Positions 1-10,236 of a stretch of DNA of 41,379 nt are shown here, one piece after another. Positions within the stretch are counted from its first letter, which is position 1; each line of letters starts with the position of its first letter. A program made the position numbers and the translations under genes. Below the pieces are notes generated by a model. It saw only the letters and a list, made by a program, of their open reading frames with translations. It searched no databases and was not told the origin of the DNA. The DNA comes from an uncultured bacterium. GTDB taxonomy: Bacteria; Actinomycetota; Coriobacteriia; Coriobacteriales; Coriobacteriaceae. Location: positions 1-41,379 of the forward strand of contig CAJMOM010000001.1 in assembly GCA_905215005.1 (NCBI GenBank). Reading direction: 5' to 3'.

Positions 1-957
1 AACTTCCTTAAACTCAGGCAGCTTCTCGGAGCAGATGCCCTGAGCGATCGGGCAGCGCGTGTGGAAACGGCAGCCGGTCGGCGGATCCAGCGGCGACGGC
101 GGATCGCCAGCGAGGATAATGCGCTTGCGGGTCTTCTGGATATCAGGATCGGGAACCGGCACGGCAGACAGCAGCGACTGCGTGTACGGATGGTGGGGCT
201 CGCTGTAGAGCGTCTTCCAGTCCGAAACCTCGACCATCTTACCCAGGTACATAACGGCAACGCGATCGGAGATGTGCTGCACGACGGACAGGTCGTGGGC
301 GATAAACAGATATGCGGTACCGAACTTGTCCTGCAGTTCCTTGAGCAGGTTCAGAACCTGGGCCTGAATGGACACATCCAGAGCGGAAACCGGCTCGTCG
401 CAGATAATCAGCTTGGGCTTCAGCGCAAATGCGCGGGCAATGCCGACACGCTGACGCTGACCGCCGGAGAACTCATGAGGATAACGGTTGATGTGCTCGG
501 GGTTCAGTCCAACGACGTCGAGAAGCTCGCGGACGCGCTCAATGCGCTCCTCCTTGGTGCCCACGCCGTGAATGGTCATGGGCTCGGAGACGATCTCACC
601 GATGGTCATACGAGGATTGAGCGAAGCATAAGGATCCTGGAAGATAAACTGCATCTCACGACGCATGTCCTTGATCTCATGCTTGCTCATCTCGGCAACA
701 TCTTTGCCCTGGAAGAACACCTTACCGGCAGTCGGCTTGGTCAGACGCATGATGGTGCGGCCCGTGGTGGACTTACCGCAACCAGACTCGCCGACCAGGC
801 CAAAGGTCTCGCCCGGATAAATCTCGAACGAAATGTCATTCACAGCAGAGACGACACGCTTGGAGAAGCGCTTGGCGAACATGCCGGACTCAGCGGGGAA
901 CTCCTTAGAGAGGTGCTCGACCTTCAGCAACGGAGTACGCTCGTTGGTATCTGCCAT
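1..957 (-). CDS. oppF: Oligopeptide ABC transporter ATP-binding subunit (C-terminus beyond window edge)
   Basis: Not in the ORF track. Read manually from ATG at 957 (shares one base with the oppD TAA): MADTNERTPLLKVEHL...GLVGESGCGKST...FSGGQRQR...ICDEPVSALD...GCRFHTRCP; open to position 1. Confidence 0.93.
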   Translation of the reverse strand, partial: MADTNERTPLLKVEHLSKEFPAESGMFAKRFSKRVVSAVNDISFEIYPGETFGLVGESGCGKSTTGRTIMRLTKPTAGKVFFQGKDVAEMSKHEIKDMRREMQFIFQDPYASLNPRMTIGEIVSEPMTIHGVGTKEERIERVRELLDVVGLNPEHINRYPHEFSGGQRQRVGIARAFALKPKLIICDEPVSALDVSIQAQVLNLLKELQDKFGTAYLFIAHDLSVVQHISDRVAVMYLGKMVEVSDWKTLYSEPHHPYTQSLLSAVPVPDPDIQKTRKRIILAGDPPSPLDPPTGCRFHTRCPIAQGICSEKLPEFKEV

Positions 958-2048
958 TACGCCTCGCCTCCCTTCTTGGAATCCTTGCGCGTACGGGACG
1001 TCTCAGGAGCGTTCTTGAGAAACTCGGGGTCACCGGAGTAGTGGCACGCAGAGTAATGACCAGACTCGGTGACAACACGCTCGGGGCGCTGCTTGCGGCA
1101 CTTATCGGTTGCATAGGGGCAACGAGGCGAGAACACGCAGCCCTCGGGCAGGTTCATGAGCGAAGGCGGGTTGCCGTGAATCGGCGTAAGCGGCTTCTTC
1201 TCATCGATGGCCTGCTCCGGGATGGAGCGGATCAGGCCCCAGGTATAGGGGTGACGGCTCTCGTAGAAGATTTCCTCAGCAGTACCGAACTCGACGGGAC
1301 GACCGGCGTACATAACCATGATCTTGTCAGCCATATCGGCGACGACGCCCAGGTCATGGGTGATCATGATGATGGCGTTGCCGTTCTTCTCCTGCATTTC
1401 CTGCATAAGCTCAATAATCTGAGCCTGAATGGTAACGTCCAGGGCAGTCGTGGGCTCGTCGGCAATCAGAATATCGGGATCGCAGGCAAGAGCCATGGCA
1501 ATCATGACGCGCTGACGCATACCGCCAGAGAACTGGTGCGGATACTCATTGACGCGCTTCTCGGGCTCGGGGATACCCACGAGGTCCAAAAGCTCGGTAG
1601 CGCGCTTGAGCGCCTCCTGCTTGGAGTAGCCACGGTGCAGACGAAGACCCTCGCCCACCTGCTTGCCGATCTTATAGACCGGGTTCAAGGAGGTCATAGG
1701 ATCCTGGAAGATCATCGCGATATCGTTACCGCGAATGTGCTGCATCTCTTCCTCGGTCATCTCGAGGATAGAACGACCGCGATAGCGAACGTCGCCGCCC
1801 TCGATCTTTCCCGGAGGCATCGAGATAAGACCCATGATGGTCATGGCGGTCACGGACTTACCGGAGCCGGACTCACCGACGACGCCCAGGGTCTCGCCGC
1901 GATCGAGCGTGTAGGAGACACCATCGACAGCGCGAACAACGCCATCCTCGGTGTGGAAATACATCTTAAGGTCATCGACCTCGAGCAGATGCTGGCCCTC
2001 GGGAACCGGCTGGTCCTTCAGGTCCACATAGTTCTTGTTCTTCTTCAT
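957..2048 (-). CDS. oppD: Oligopeptide ABC transporter ATP-binding subunit
   Basis: Walker A GESGSGKS, signature FSGGMRQR, Walker B LIADEPTT, HPY motif and Cys-rich C-terminus (GCVFSPRCP). Confidence 0.95.
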   Translation of the reverse strand: MKKNKNYVDLKDQPVPEGQHLLEVDDLKMYFHTEDGVVRAVDGVSYTLDRGETLGVVGESGSGKSVTAMTIMGLISMPPGKIEGGDVRYRGRSILEMTEEEMQHIRGNDIAMIFQDPMTSLNPVYKIGKQVGEGLRLHRGYSKQEALKRATELLDLVGIPEPEKRVNEYPHQFSGGMRQRVMIAMALACDPDILIADEPTTALDVTIQAQIIELMQEMQEKNGNAIIMITHDLGVVADMADKIMVMYAGRPVEFGTAEEIFYESRHPYTWGLIRSIPEQAIDEKKPLTPIHGNPPSLMNLPEGCVFSPRCPYATDKCRKQRPERVVTESGHYSACHYSGDPEFLKNAPETSRTRKDSKKGGEA

Positions 2049-2050
2049 CC

Positions 2051-2986
2051 TTATGCGTCCTTCATCTTGACGTCGAGGGCGTCGCGCAGACCGTCACCCA
2101 GCAGGGTGAAGGCGAGCACCGTCGAGAGAATTGCCAGACCGGGCATGATCATCATCCAGGGAGCAGTCAGAAGATACTGCTGACCGTCCTGAATCATGGA
2201 GCCCCACGAAGGCGTAGGCGGAATAACGCCCATGCCGAGGAAGGACAGAGCGGACTCGGTCAGAATGGCGCCACCAATGTTCATGGTTGCGTAGACCACG
2301 ATAGAGGCGACGGAGTTCGGGAAGATGTGACGCACGACGATACGAGCATCGGATGCACCCATCGCGCGCGCAGCGTCAACATAGTCGTTTTCCTTGACCG
2401 TCAGGATCGCGGATCGGAAGACGCGCGCAATCGAAGGCCAGCCGAGAATACCGATGGCGATAAAGACGTTCTGAAGACCACGGCCGATAACAGCGATCAT
2501 GGCGACAACGAACAGCACGTACGGGAATGCCAGGAAGATATCCGCGCAGCGCATGATGATCGTATCCCAGATACCGCCGTAGAAACCGGCCAGAGCACCC
2601 ATAACCAGACCGATCACCGTGGAGATCGCAGTGGCCATAATACCGACGGAAAGCGAAACACGTGCACCGTAGATAACGCGGACGAGAATGTCACGACCAA
2701 GGGCGTCGGTGCCAAACGGGTGCTCGGCACACGGAGCCAGCAGCGACGTCTCGGCCATGGTGGTCGAGTCGGAAGCCGTCGGCGAACCGAGCCAGGGCTT
2801 AGCCCACAGATCTGCGGTCAGGGCAACCACAACGACGATGATGATCCAGCAGACACCGATAACGGCGAGCTTGTTCTTGCGAAGACGCTTAAAAGCGTCG
2901 CCCCACAGCGTGCGGGACTTGGTGGGAGCAGAGGCGGCCTTGGTGGCGGTAGCCTGCTCCTGAGACTGAGAATCAGTTTCCTGCAT
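2051..2986 (-). CDS. oppC: Oligopeptide ABC transporter permease
   Basis: HPFGTDALGRD, EAA-like loop DYVDAARAMGAS, PSWG motif, multiple TM segments. Confidence 0.93.
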   Translation of the reverse strand: MQETDSQSQEQATATKAASAPTKSRTLWGDAFKRLRKNKLAVIGVCWIIIVVVVALTADLWAKPWLGSPTASDSTTMAETSLLAPCAEHPFGTDALGRDILVRVIYGARVSLSVGIMATAISTVIGLVMGALAGFYGGIWDTIIMRCADIFLAFPYVLFVVAMIAVIGRGLQNVFIAIGILGWPSIARVFRSAILTVKENDYVDAARAMGASDARIVVRHIFPNSVASIVVYATMNIGGAILTESALSFLGMGVIPPTPSWGSMIQDGQQYLLTAPWMMIMPGLAILSTVLAFTLLGDGLRDALDVKMKDA

Positions 2987-3000
2987 GAGACGTACCTCCC

Positions 3001-4038
3001 TTAGGCCTTATCCGACGGACCGCCAAGGCGGATGCGCGGGTCGAGGAATGCATAGCTAATGTCGACGAGCAGGTTGATCACCATGACGACGACGACAATG
3101 AGCGTAACGCCGCCCATAACGATGGGCCAGTCACGCATGCTAATGGCGCGATAGACCTCATAGCCGATACCGGGCCAGTTAAAGACCGTCTCGGTCAGGA
3201 TGGCGCCCGAAAGCATGCCGCCAAAGTCGACACCAATATAGGTAACGACGGGGATGAGTGCATTCTTAAGCGCGTGCTTGATGATGATCGCGCGATTGGA
3301 GAGACCCTTGGCCTTTGCCGTACGGATGTAATCCTGGTTCATGACGTCAAGCAGCTGCGAGCGCATAATGCGGGCGGCGTAAGCGGTCGAAACCGAAGCC
3401 AGCGTAATGGTCGGAAGCACATAGTGCATCCAATCCTGATACTGAGAGCTGGAACCGCCGGCACCCGAGATCGGCATGGAGAATGCACCGCCCGTGGCGT
3501 CCTTGAGAATGACGCCAAAGAACAGTTGCAGCAACATACCGAGCCAGAAGGCCGGGACGGCAACGAGGATCGACGTGGTGAGCGTTACCAAAATATCCCA
3601 GAAGGAATAACGCTTTACCGCCGAAATGATACCCGCACCGATACCCATGATTGCCTCGAGCACGATGGCGCACGCGGCAAGTTTGACCGTATACGGATAC
3701 TTCTGGGCAAAGATTTCCGTAACCGGCAGCTTGCGCTGATACGAATTGCCCAGATCGCCATGAAGCAGGCCGTTCATGTAATACAAGTAACGGTCCACGA
3801 GCGACGTTTGAACGGGGTCGCCGTTCTCGTCAAGGATCGCGTTGCCGTCCTCGTCCGACTGGACCAGGTGATAGCGGACGCGAAGCTGAAGCTCCACCTC
3901 GGGGGACAGAGCCTTGTCTCCACCGATCAGCTTGATCGGATCTCCCGGCACGATATTCTGGAGGGCGAACAGAATCAGCGTAACGCCCAAAAATACCGGG
4001 ATGAACTGAAGCACACGTTTAACGATGTACTTACCCAT
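3001..4038 (-). CDS. oppB: Oligopeptide ABC transporter permease
   Basis: N-terminal YIVKR...PGDP, GDLGNSY, DYIRTAKAKGL, ETVFNWPGIG; RBS GGGGAG. Confidence 0.94.
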   Translation of the reverse strand: MGKYIVKRVLQFIPVFLGVTLILFALQNIVPGDPIKLIGGDKALSPEVELQLRVRYHLVQSDEDGNAILDENGDPVQTSLVDRYLYYMNGLLHGDLGNSYQRKLPVTEIFAQKYPYTVKLAACAIVLEAIMGIGAGIISAVKRYSFWDILVTLTTSILVAVPAFWLGMLLQLFFGVILKDATGGAFSMPISGAGGSSSQYQDWMHYVLPTITLASVSTAYAARIMRSQLLDVMNQDYIRTAKAKGLSNRAIIIKHALKNALIPVVTYIGVDFGGMLSGAILTETVFNWPGIGYEVYRAISMRDWPIVMGGVTLIVVVVMVINLLVDISYAFLDPRIRLGGPSDKA

Positions 4039-4068
4039 ACCACTCCCCTATCTAGGGATTAACCTAAA

Positions 4069-4098
4069 TGGGATGCCGATCGCCAGACCGGCATCCCA
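4069..4098 (-). terminator. Hairpin between oppA and oppB (partial terminator or mRNA stabiliser)
   Basis: Minus strand TGGGATGCCGGTC-TGGC-GATCGGCATCCCA followed by TTT. Confidence 0.65.
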
Positions 4099-4194
4099 AA
4101 ATTACCATCAGCCAGTTTACCCCAGGTTAGGGAGAACTGTATGTTTCCCATGAGGTCTACGTAAATACTTGACCCTCACGGAAGCTGCAAACTC

Positions 4195-5871
4195 TTAGGC
4201 GAGCTCAGCAGTACCCAGCTCGGCGTGCTTCTGCGGATCGACATAGAGGTGCTTGATGCGATCGGAGCCAACGATGGTGTGCGTGTAGAACATCACCGGG
4301 ATGACCGGGCAGTCGGCAGCGACCATTGCGTCGGCCTCCTGCATCTTAGCGACGCGCTCGTCGTCGTCAACCGTGGTACGAGCCTCGTCGACCTTGGCGT
4401 CGAACTCGGGGTTGTTGTAACCGGAACGGTTGTCGCCACCGAGGGAGTCGGAGTGGAACAGCGGATACAGGAAGTTGTCCATGATCGGGTAGTCGGCAAT
4501 CCAGCCCAGACGACCGAACTGATAGTTAAAGTTCTGATACTGCTCGAGCAGGGCAGACCACTCAGGGGTATCGGAGACAGCAGTAACGCCAACCTTGGCG
4601 AGGTCGCCGATGATGGACTCCATGATCTCCTTGTGGCCACCGTCCTGGTTGTAGGAAAGGGTCACGTTAATGCCACGATCGCCGTTAGCGTCAGCGGGAG
4701 CAACCTTGTCGAGGTACTCGTTAGCCTTGTCGACGTCGTAGGCGCAGAACTCCCATGCGCCCTCCTTGTAGCCATCGATGCCCGGAGGAACAATGCCGTC
4801 GGCGGGGGTACGGGTACCCTTGAAGATGGTCTTGCAGATGGCCTCACGGTTGATGGCCAGGGAGATACCCCTACGCAGGTCAGCGTTGTTGAACGGCTCG
4901 GCCGTGTTGTTGCAGGTCAGGTAGTAGGTGGAAGGCTCGGAGCCGAGCAGCATACGCTCGCCGTCACCCATGGTGTAGCCGTCCTTGGACACGCCGCGAT
5001 CCTTCTTGGCGGCGTCGATCTGAGCAACGGGAACGTCGCAGACATCGAGGTTACCGGCCTGGAACTCCTTGTAAGCGGTCTCCATGTCCTTGATGACCTG
5101 GAAGTGGATGCCATCGATCTTGGCCTTGTCGCCATAGTAATCGTCGAACTTCTTGAGGTTGATCTCCTGACCATCCTCCCACTTGCCGTCCATCATGAAC
5201 GGGCCGTTACCGACCGGTGCAAGATAGAAGCTCTTGGCATCGGACTCGGCGCACTCGGGAACCGGGGACAGAGCCGGGTGAGAAGCGACGAAGGGGAAGT
5301 CGGCGTAAGCGGAAGACAGCTTGACGACGAGGGTCTCATCGTCGGGGCAAGTAACACCGCTGAGCTCGGTGGCGTTACCGGCAAGCAGGTCGTCATAGCC
5401 CTCGACCATGGAAAGGTGATAGGAGACCTCAGAAGGGCCGTACTCGGTAGCGATGGCCGACTTGGTGTTGACCAGACGCTCCCAACCGAGCTTGAAGGAC
5501 TTGGAGGTGACGTCATCACCGTTGTGGAACTTGGCCTTCTTGATCTTGAAGGTGAACTCGGTGGCGTCGTCGTTGGCCTCGAAGGACTCGCAAGCCAGCG
5601 GAACGATCTCGCCCTTCTCGGCGTCATAAGAGGTCAGAGCGTCAAAGAGCTGGTACTCGACCTGAGTGCCCTGGTCCTCCTGGACATTGTAGGGGTCGAT
5701 GCAGACCGGGTTGTTGATGTAGAAGTTCAGCGTCGAACCGGACTCAGAACCGGAAGCGTCGCCGCCCTTCTTGCCGCATGCGGCAAGAAAAGCCATGGAG
5801 CTCGCAGCGAGGGTGCCGCCAACAAAGGCGCGACGACCCATAACGGGCTGGTGGAACATAGAATCAGCCAT
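4195..5871 (-). CDS. oppA: Peptide ABC transporter substrate-binding lipoprotein (family 5) with Tat-type signal
   Basis: Start moved to ATG 5871 (RBS AAGGAGG). GRRAFV twin-Arg, lipobox LAAC, AKFHNGD, PVGNGPF, GWIADYP. Confidence 0.93.
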   Translation of the reverse strand: MADSMFHQPVMGRRAFVGGTLAASSMAFLAACGKKGGDASGSESGSTLNFYINNPVCIDPYNVQEDQGTQVEYQLFDALTSYDAEKGEIVPLACESFEANDDATEFTFKIKKAKFHNGDDVTSKSFKLGWERLVNTKSAIATEYGPSEVSYHLSMVEGYDDLLAGNATELSGVTCPDDETLVVKLSSAYADFPFVASHPALSPVPECAESDAKSFYLAPVGNGPFMMDGKWEDGQEINLKKFDDYYGDKAKIDGIHFQVIKDMETAYKEFQAGNLDVCDVPVAQIDAAKKDRGVSKDGYTMGDGERMLLGSEPSTYYLTCNNTAEPFNNADLRRGISLAINREAICKTIFKGTRTPADGIVPPGIDGYKEGAWEFCAYDVDKANEYLDKVAPADANGDRGINVTLSYNQDGGHKEIMESIIGDLAKVGVTAVSDTPEWSALLEQYQNFNYQFGRLGWIADYPIMDNFLYPLFHSDSLGGDNRSGYNNPEFDAKVDEARTTVDDDERVAKMQEADAMVAADCPVIPVMFYTHTIVGSDRIKHLYVDPQKHAELGTAELA

Positions 5872-6113
5872 GCCATCCTCCTTATGAGATAGGACAAAGA
5901 AATGTTCAGTCGGACACATGTCGAGACAATCCGATCCGAACCATCAAAACGCCGCCCGTTGCTATGGCTGGTTATGCACAACAGGCCAACGTTTTGCAAT
6001 ACAGTAGCGCATTTTATGCACAAATTGGGCCTGATTCCGGTCAACGGTCAAGAATTTCTTTAGTTGGGCGAAGTATGTGGTGATATTTTTGACTCTGTTA
6101 CAAATATGTAAAC

Positions 6114-6145
6114 AAAAAAAGGGTCCCGCACTTGCGGAACCCTTT
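6114..6145 (-). terminator. Intrinsic terminator of secG
   Basis: Minus strand GGGTTCCGCA-AG-TGCGGGACCC followed by T7. Confidence 0.85.
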
Positions 6146-6168
6146 ACAAGTACTTATGCGGCTCGTGA

Positions 6169-6423
6169 TTAGTAGCCCACGATGCCCTGCGGGAAAAAGA
6201 ACATGCACAGCACGACGCACACGGCAAACACGACAGCCATGATGACGGTCAGGCGGTCAAGGTTCTGCTCCATGACGCCTGTGGCAGAGCTGGAGTTATA
6301 CAGCGAGCTAGCAATCATATCCGAAACGCCGGTACCCTTACCGGAATGCATCAGGACGAGAATCGTCAGCGCCACGGCAGAAACAGCCCAAACGACAAAC
6401 AGAAGAATCTGAAACGGACCCAT
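6169..6423 (-). CDS. secG: Preprotein translocase subunit SecG
   Basis: 84 aa, two TM segments, LVLMHSGKGTG and EQNLDRLT; RBS AAGGAG; usual position after the glycolytic cluster. Confidence 0.93.
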   Translation of the reverse strand: MGPFQILLFVVWAVSAVALTILVLMHSGKGTGVSDMIASSLYNSSSATGVMEQNLDRLTVIMAVVFAVCVVLCMFFFPQGIVGY

Positions 6424-6527
6424 AGATAAGCTCCTTAATAGAACAATTCAAACTCCAGTACTGTACCACAATCCCTCGCTCAACCCTACCTGCCACTCGG
6501 GGACGGTGCGGAAATGGCAGAAATACC

Positions 6528-6561
6528 AAAAAGGGGGTTGCCCAAATATGGGCAACCCCCT
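6528..6561 (-). terminator. Intrinsic terminator of pgk-tpiA-gpmI
   Basis: Minus strand GGGGGTTGCCCA-TATT-TGGGCAACCCCC followed by TTTTT. Confidence 0.9.
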
Positions 6562-6586
6562 GCAAGAAAACGCTTGGAGTTTTCTA

Positions 6587-8140
6587 TTAGGCCTCGGTGG
6601 CGAGCACGCGGCCCGTCATCTCGGCGGAAGGCTCCAGACCAGCCATGGTGAGCATAGTCGGGGCGATATCGGAAAGACGACCGTCCTCGATACCGGTGAG
6701 CTGTGCCTTCTCATCAACGATGATGAACGGCACGCGGTTGGTGGTGTGAGCCGTGAACGGATGCTTGGAACCGTCGGAAGCAACGTCAAACATGTGATCG
6801 GCGTTGCCGTGGTCGGCGGTAATCAGCGCAAAGCCGCCCTTGGCGAGAATCGCCGGGACAACCTTGGACAGAGCGTCGTCAACAGCCTCGACGGCCTTAA
6901 CGGCGGCGTCGAAGACACCGGTGTGACCAACCATGTCGCAATTCGCGAAGTTCACGATGTAGAAATCAGCGCGATCCTCGTTGATGGCAGCGACAAGCTT
7001 CTCGGTAACCTCGGGAGCGCTCATCTCGGGCTGCAGATCGTAGGTAGCGACCTTGGGGGAAGCGACGAGTACGCGCTCCTCGCCCTCCTTGGGCTCCTCG
7101 ATGCCGCCGTTGAGGAAGAACGTCACGTGGGCGTACTTCTCGGTCTCGGCGGTGTGCAGCTGCTTCAGGCCATTGGCGGCGATAACGTCGGCCAGGACGT
7201 TCTCGGGGAACGTCTTGGGGAAGGCGACCTCGACGTCAAACGTCGGATCGTACTCAGTCATCGTCACAAAGTGCGAAAGCTTGATCTGCTCGCGCTCAAA
7301 GCCGTCGAACTCCTTGTCCGTGAACACGCGGGTCATCTGACGGGCGCGGTCGGGACGGAAGTTGAAGAAGATGGCCGCGTCGCCCTCGTGGATGCCCTCG
7401 TTGTGGGCAGCGAAGGGCTCGACGAACTCGTCGCCGCGCGGATCCTTCTCGTAGTAGGCCTTGATACCGGCAACGGGGTCGGTATCAGCATCGGACGCGT
7501 TGACCATGACGTCGTAGGCGCGCTGGATGCGCTCCCAACGATTATCGCGGTCCATGGCCCAATAACGGCCCGAGACGGTGGCAACGCGAGCGTCGCAACC
7601 GGTCTCCTCAGAAATCTTGGCCAGGAAGGCGCAGAACTCACTCATGTAACCGGCACCGGACTGCGGGTCAACGTCGCGGCCATCCATGAAGGCGTGGACG
7701 CGAACGGTCTTGACACCATGCTCGGCAGCCATCTTGACCAGAGCCTCGACGTGGTTCATGTGAGAATGAACACCGCCAGGGCTCATAAGGCCCATGAGGT
7801 GGAGAGTCTTGCCGTCAGCCTTGACGTCGTCCATAGCCTTGACGAAGACCTTGTTCTTGGCGATGGAGCCATCCTTGATGGCGTTGTTGATGCGCGAAAG
7901 CTCCTGGAACACGATGCGGCCGGCACCGATGTTGAGGTGACCCACCTCGGAGTTGCCCATCTGGCCATCGGGAAGGCCCACGTCCTCGCCCGAAGCACCG
8001 AGCGTGGTGTGAGGATACTTCTCGTACAGGCTATCAAGGAAGGGCGTCTTGGCAGCGGCGACGGCGTTCTCGCCATCGGCCGGAGCCAGGCCGCAGCCGT
8101 CCATGATGATCAGGAGTGCAGGAAGATGACGCTGTGCCAT
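6587..8140 (-). CDS. gpmI: 2,3-bisphosphoglycerate-independent phosphoglycerate mutase
   Basis: GQMGNSEVGH (phospho-Ser), GRYWAMDRD, AETEKYAHVT, DMVGHTG, ADHGN. Confidence 0.97.
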   Translation of the reverse strand: MAQRHLPALLIIMDGCGLAPADGENAVAAAKTPFLDSLYEKYPHTTLGASGEDVGLPDGQMGNSEVGHLNIGAGRIVFQELSRINNAIKDGSIAKNKVFVKAMDDVKADGKTLHLMGLMSPGGVHSHMNHVEALVKMAAEHGVKTVRVHAFMDGRDVDPQSGAGYMSEFCAFLAKISEETGCDARVATVSGRYWAMDRDNRWERIQRAYDVMVNASDADTDPVAGIKAYYEKDPRGDEFVEPFAAHNEGIHEGDAAIFFNFRPDRARQMTRVFTDKEFDGFEREQIKLSHFVTMTEYDPTFDVEVAFPKTFPENVLADVIAANGLKQLHTAETEKYAHVTFFLNGGIEEPKEGEERVLVASPKVATYDLQPEMSAPEVTEKLVAAINEDRADFYIVNFANCDMVGHTGVFDAAVKAVEAVDDALSKVVPAILAKGGFALITADHGNADHMFDVASDGSKHPFTAHTTNRVPFIIVDEKAQLTGIEDGRLSDIAPTMLTMAGLEPSAEMTGRVLATEA

Positions 8141-8145
8141 ATGTC

Positions 8146-8913
8146 CTACTCGCCTGCCTTGACGACCATAGAGGCGAAGTCGGCAGCCTTGAGCGAAGCG
8201 CCGCCCACGAGGGCGCCGTCAACGTCGGGCTTGGCGACGAGCTCGGCGATGTTGCCGGGCTTGGCGGAACCACCGTACAGGACGCGGATGCCGTTAGCGA
8301 GCTCCTCGCCGAACATCTCCTTGAGGGTCTCACGGATAGCGCCGCAGACCTCCTGAGCGTCCTCGGCGGTAGCGGTCTTACCGGTGCCGATGGCCCAGAT
8401 GGGCTCGTAGGCGACGACGACCTGCTTGGGGCAGGTGATCTCAAGACCAGCAAGGCCAGCCTTGACCTGGTTCACGACATGCTCGACATAGGTGCCAGCC
8501 TCGCGGACCTCGAGGGACTCGCCGCAGCAGAAGACGGGAACAAGACCGGCGGCAACGAGGGCCTTGGCCTTCTTGTTCTGGTCCTCGTCGGTCTCGTGGA
8601 AGTAGTCGCGACGCTCGGAGTGGCCGATGATGCAGCAGGTGCAGCCAGCAGACTTGAGCATGTCGCAAGAGGACTCACCGGTGAAGGCACCCTTGGCCTC
8701 CCAGTACACGTTCTGTGCACCGAGGGCAATGGGGGCAGCCTGAATACGGTCATGAACCGTGGTGATGTCGATGGTCGGAGGGCAGACGAGCACCTCGACG
8801 CCGGCCGGAACCTCGGGCAGAGCCTGAGCCAGCTCGTCGGCGAGCTTGGCGGCCTCGGCGACGTCGTTGTTCATCTTCCAGTTACCAGCGATAAGAAGGG
8901 TGCGATTAGGCAT
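8146..8913 (-). CDS. tpiA: Triosephosphate isomerase
   Basis: Start at ATG 8913 (8-nt overlap with pgk). AGNWKMN, GHSERR, AYEPIWAIGTG, YGGS, LVGGASL. Confidence 0.97.
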   Translation of the reverse strand: MPNRTLLIAGNWKMNNDVAEAAKLADELAQALPEVPAGVEVLVCPPTIDITTVHDRIQAAPIALGAQNVYWEAKGAFTGESSCDMLKSAGCTCCIIGHSERRDYFHETDEDQNKKAKALVAAGLVPVFCCGESLEVREAGTYVEHVVNQVKAGLAGLEITCPKQVVVAYEPIWAIGTGKTATAEDAQEVCGAIRETLKEMFGEELANGIRVLYGGSAKPGNIAELVAKPDVDGALVGGASLKAADFASMVVKAGE

Positions 8914-10096
8914 CGAGAAGCGCCTCCACTCCGGGCAGGGCCTTACCCTCGACGAGCTCCATGGAAGCGCCACCACCGGTGGAGATCCAGCTCATCTTGT
9001 CGGCCAGGTTGAACTTGTTGACAGCTGCGACAGAGTCGCCACCGCCGATGATCGAGGTGCAGTCGGCCTCGGCGACAGCCTCGGCGATAGCCTGGGTGCC
9101 GTGAGCGAAGTTGTCGAACTCGAAGACGCCCATGGGACCATTCCAGAACACAGTCTTGGCGCCCTTGACGGCCTCGGCGTAAAGCTCCTCGGTCTTGGGG
9201 CCGATGTCCATACCCTCACGATCGTCGGGGATAGCGTCGGAAGCGACAACCTCGGGGACAGCGTCCTCGCCAAAGTGATCGGCAACGCGGTTGTCGATGG
9301 GGAGCAGGATCTTGACGCCCTTCTCCTCGGCCTTCTTGAGCATCTCGCCAGCGCGCTCGACCCAGTCCTCTTCCTTGAGGGACTGACCGACGGACAGGCC
9401 CTGAGCCAGGAAGAAGGTGTAGGCCATACCGCCACCGATGATCAGGGTGTCAGCAGAGTCGATGAGGTGATCGAGAACGCCGATCTTGGAGGAAACCTTG
9501 GAACCGCCGACGATGGCGACGAAGGGGCGCTCGGGCTCGGCGAAGATGCCGGTCAGCGTGTCGACCTCCTTCTCGAGCAGGAAGCCGGCGACGGCAGGCA
9601 GGTAAGCAGCGGGGCCCACGACGGAACCCTGGGCGCGGTGAGCGGTGCCGAAGGCATCGAGAACGAAGACGTCACCATAGGAAGCGAGCTTCTTGGCGAT
9701 CTCGGGATCGTTCTTCTTCTCACGCTTATCGAAGCGGACGTTCTCGAGAACGAGAACCTTGCCCGGCTCGACGGCGGCGACAGCCTCGGCAGCCTTCTCG
9801 CCGTAGGTGTCGGCAACAAAGGCAACGTCAAGACCAGAGAGCTCGGCGAGCTTCTTGGCGACGGGCTCGAGGGACAGCTCGGGCTGGAAGCCGGTGCCAT
9901 CGGGACGGCCGAGGTGGCTCATGAGGATGACGCGAGCATTGTGCTCAACGAGATAGTTGATGGTGGGCAGGGCAGCCTTGATACGGGTGGTGTCGCCAAC
10001 GACGCCATCCTTGATAGGCACGTTAAAGTCAACGCGGACGAGAACGCGCTTGCCGTCGACATCGATGTCGCGGACGGTCTTCTTGGTAAAGGCCAT
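8906..10096 (-). CDS. pgk: Phosphoglycerate kinase
   Basis: Start at ATG 10096. RVDFNVP, SHLGRP, DAFGTAHRA, WNGPMGVFE, STGGGAS. Confidence 0.97.
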   Translation of the reverse strand: MAFTKKTVRDIDVDGKRVLVRVDFNVPIKDGVVGDTTRIKAALPTINYLVEHNARVILMSHLGRPDGTGFQPELSLEPVAKKLAELSGLDVAFVADTYGEKAAEAVAAVEPGKVLVLENVRFDKREKKNDPEIAKKLASYGDVFVLDAFGTAHRAQGSVVGPAAYLPAVAGFLLEKEVDTLTGIFAEPERPFVAIVGGSKVSSKIGVLDHLIDSADTLIIGGGMAYTFFLAQGLSVGQSLKEEDWVERAGEMLKKAEEKGVKILLPIDNRVADHFGEDAVPEVVASDAIPDDREGMDIGPKTEELYAEAVKGAKTVFWNGPMGVFEFDNFAHGTQAIAEAVAEADCTSIIGGGDSVAAVNKFNLADKMSWISTGGGASMELVEGKALPGVEALLDA

Positions 10097-10152
10097 GTTT
10101 GCTTCTACCTTTCGTACGTGTCTGCCTCCCATTACGGCAGACGATTTCTTAT

Positions 10153-10199
10153 AAAAAGGGCGCGACCCTAGGGTGTAAGCCCTATAAGGCCGCGCCCTT
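10153..10199 (-). terminator. Terminator/attenuator between gap and pgk
   Basis: Minus strand AAGGGCGCG...TAGGG...CCCTA...CGCGCCC followed by TTTTT. Confidence 0.75.
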
Positions 10200-10236
10200 C
10201 TTTAGACGCTCAACGAGCTATTCGCTAAAAGCTAAA

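Noticed and set aside
8906..8976. Possible PGK-TPI fusion by frameshifting (tpiA frame stays open 63 nt into pgk)
   Set aside because: No slippery homopolymer or heptamer visible; tpiA has its own ATG with a GGAGG upstream, so ordinary translational coupling explains it.
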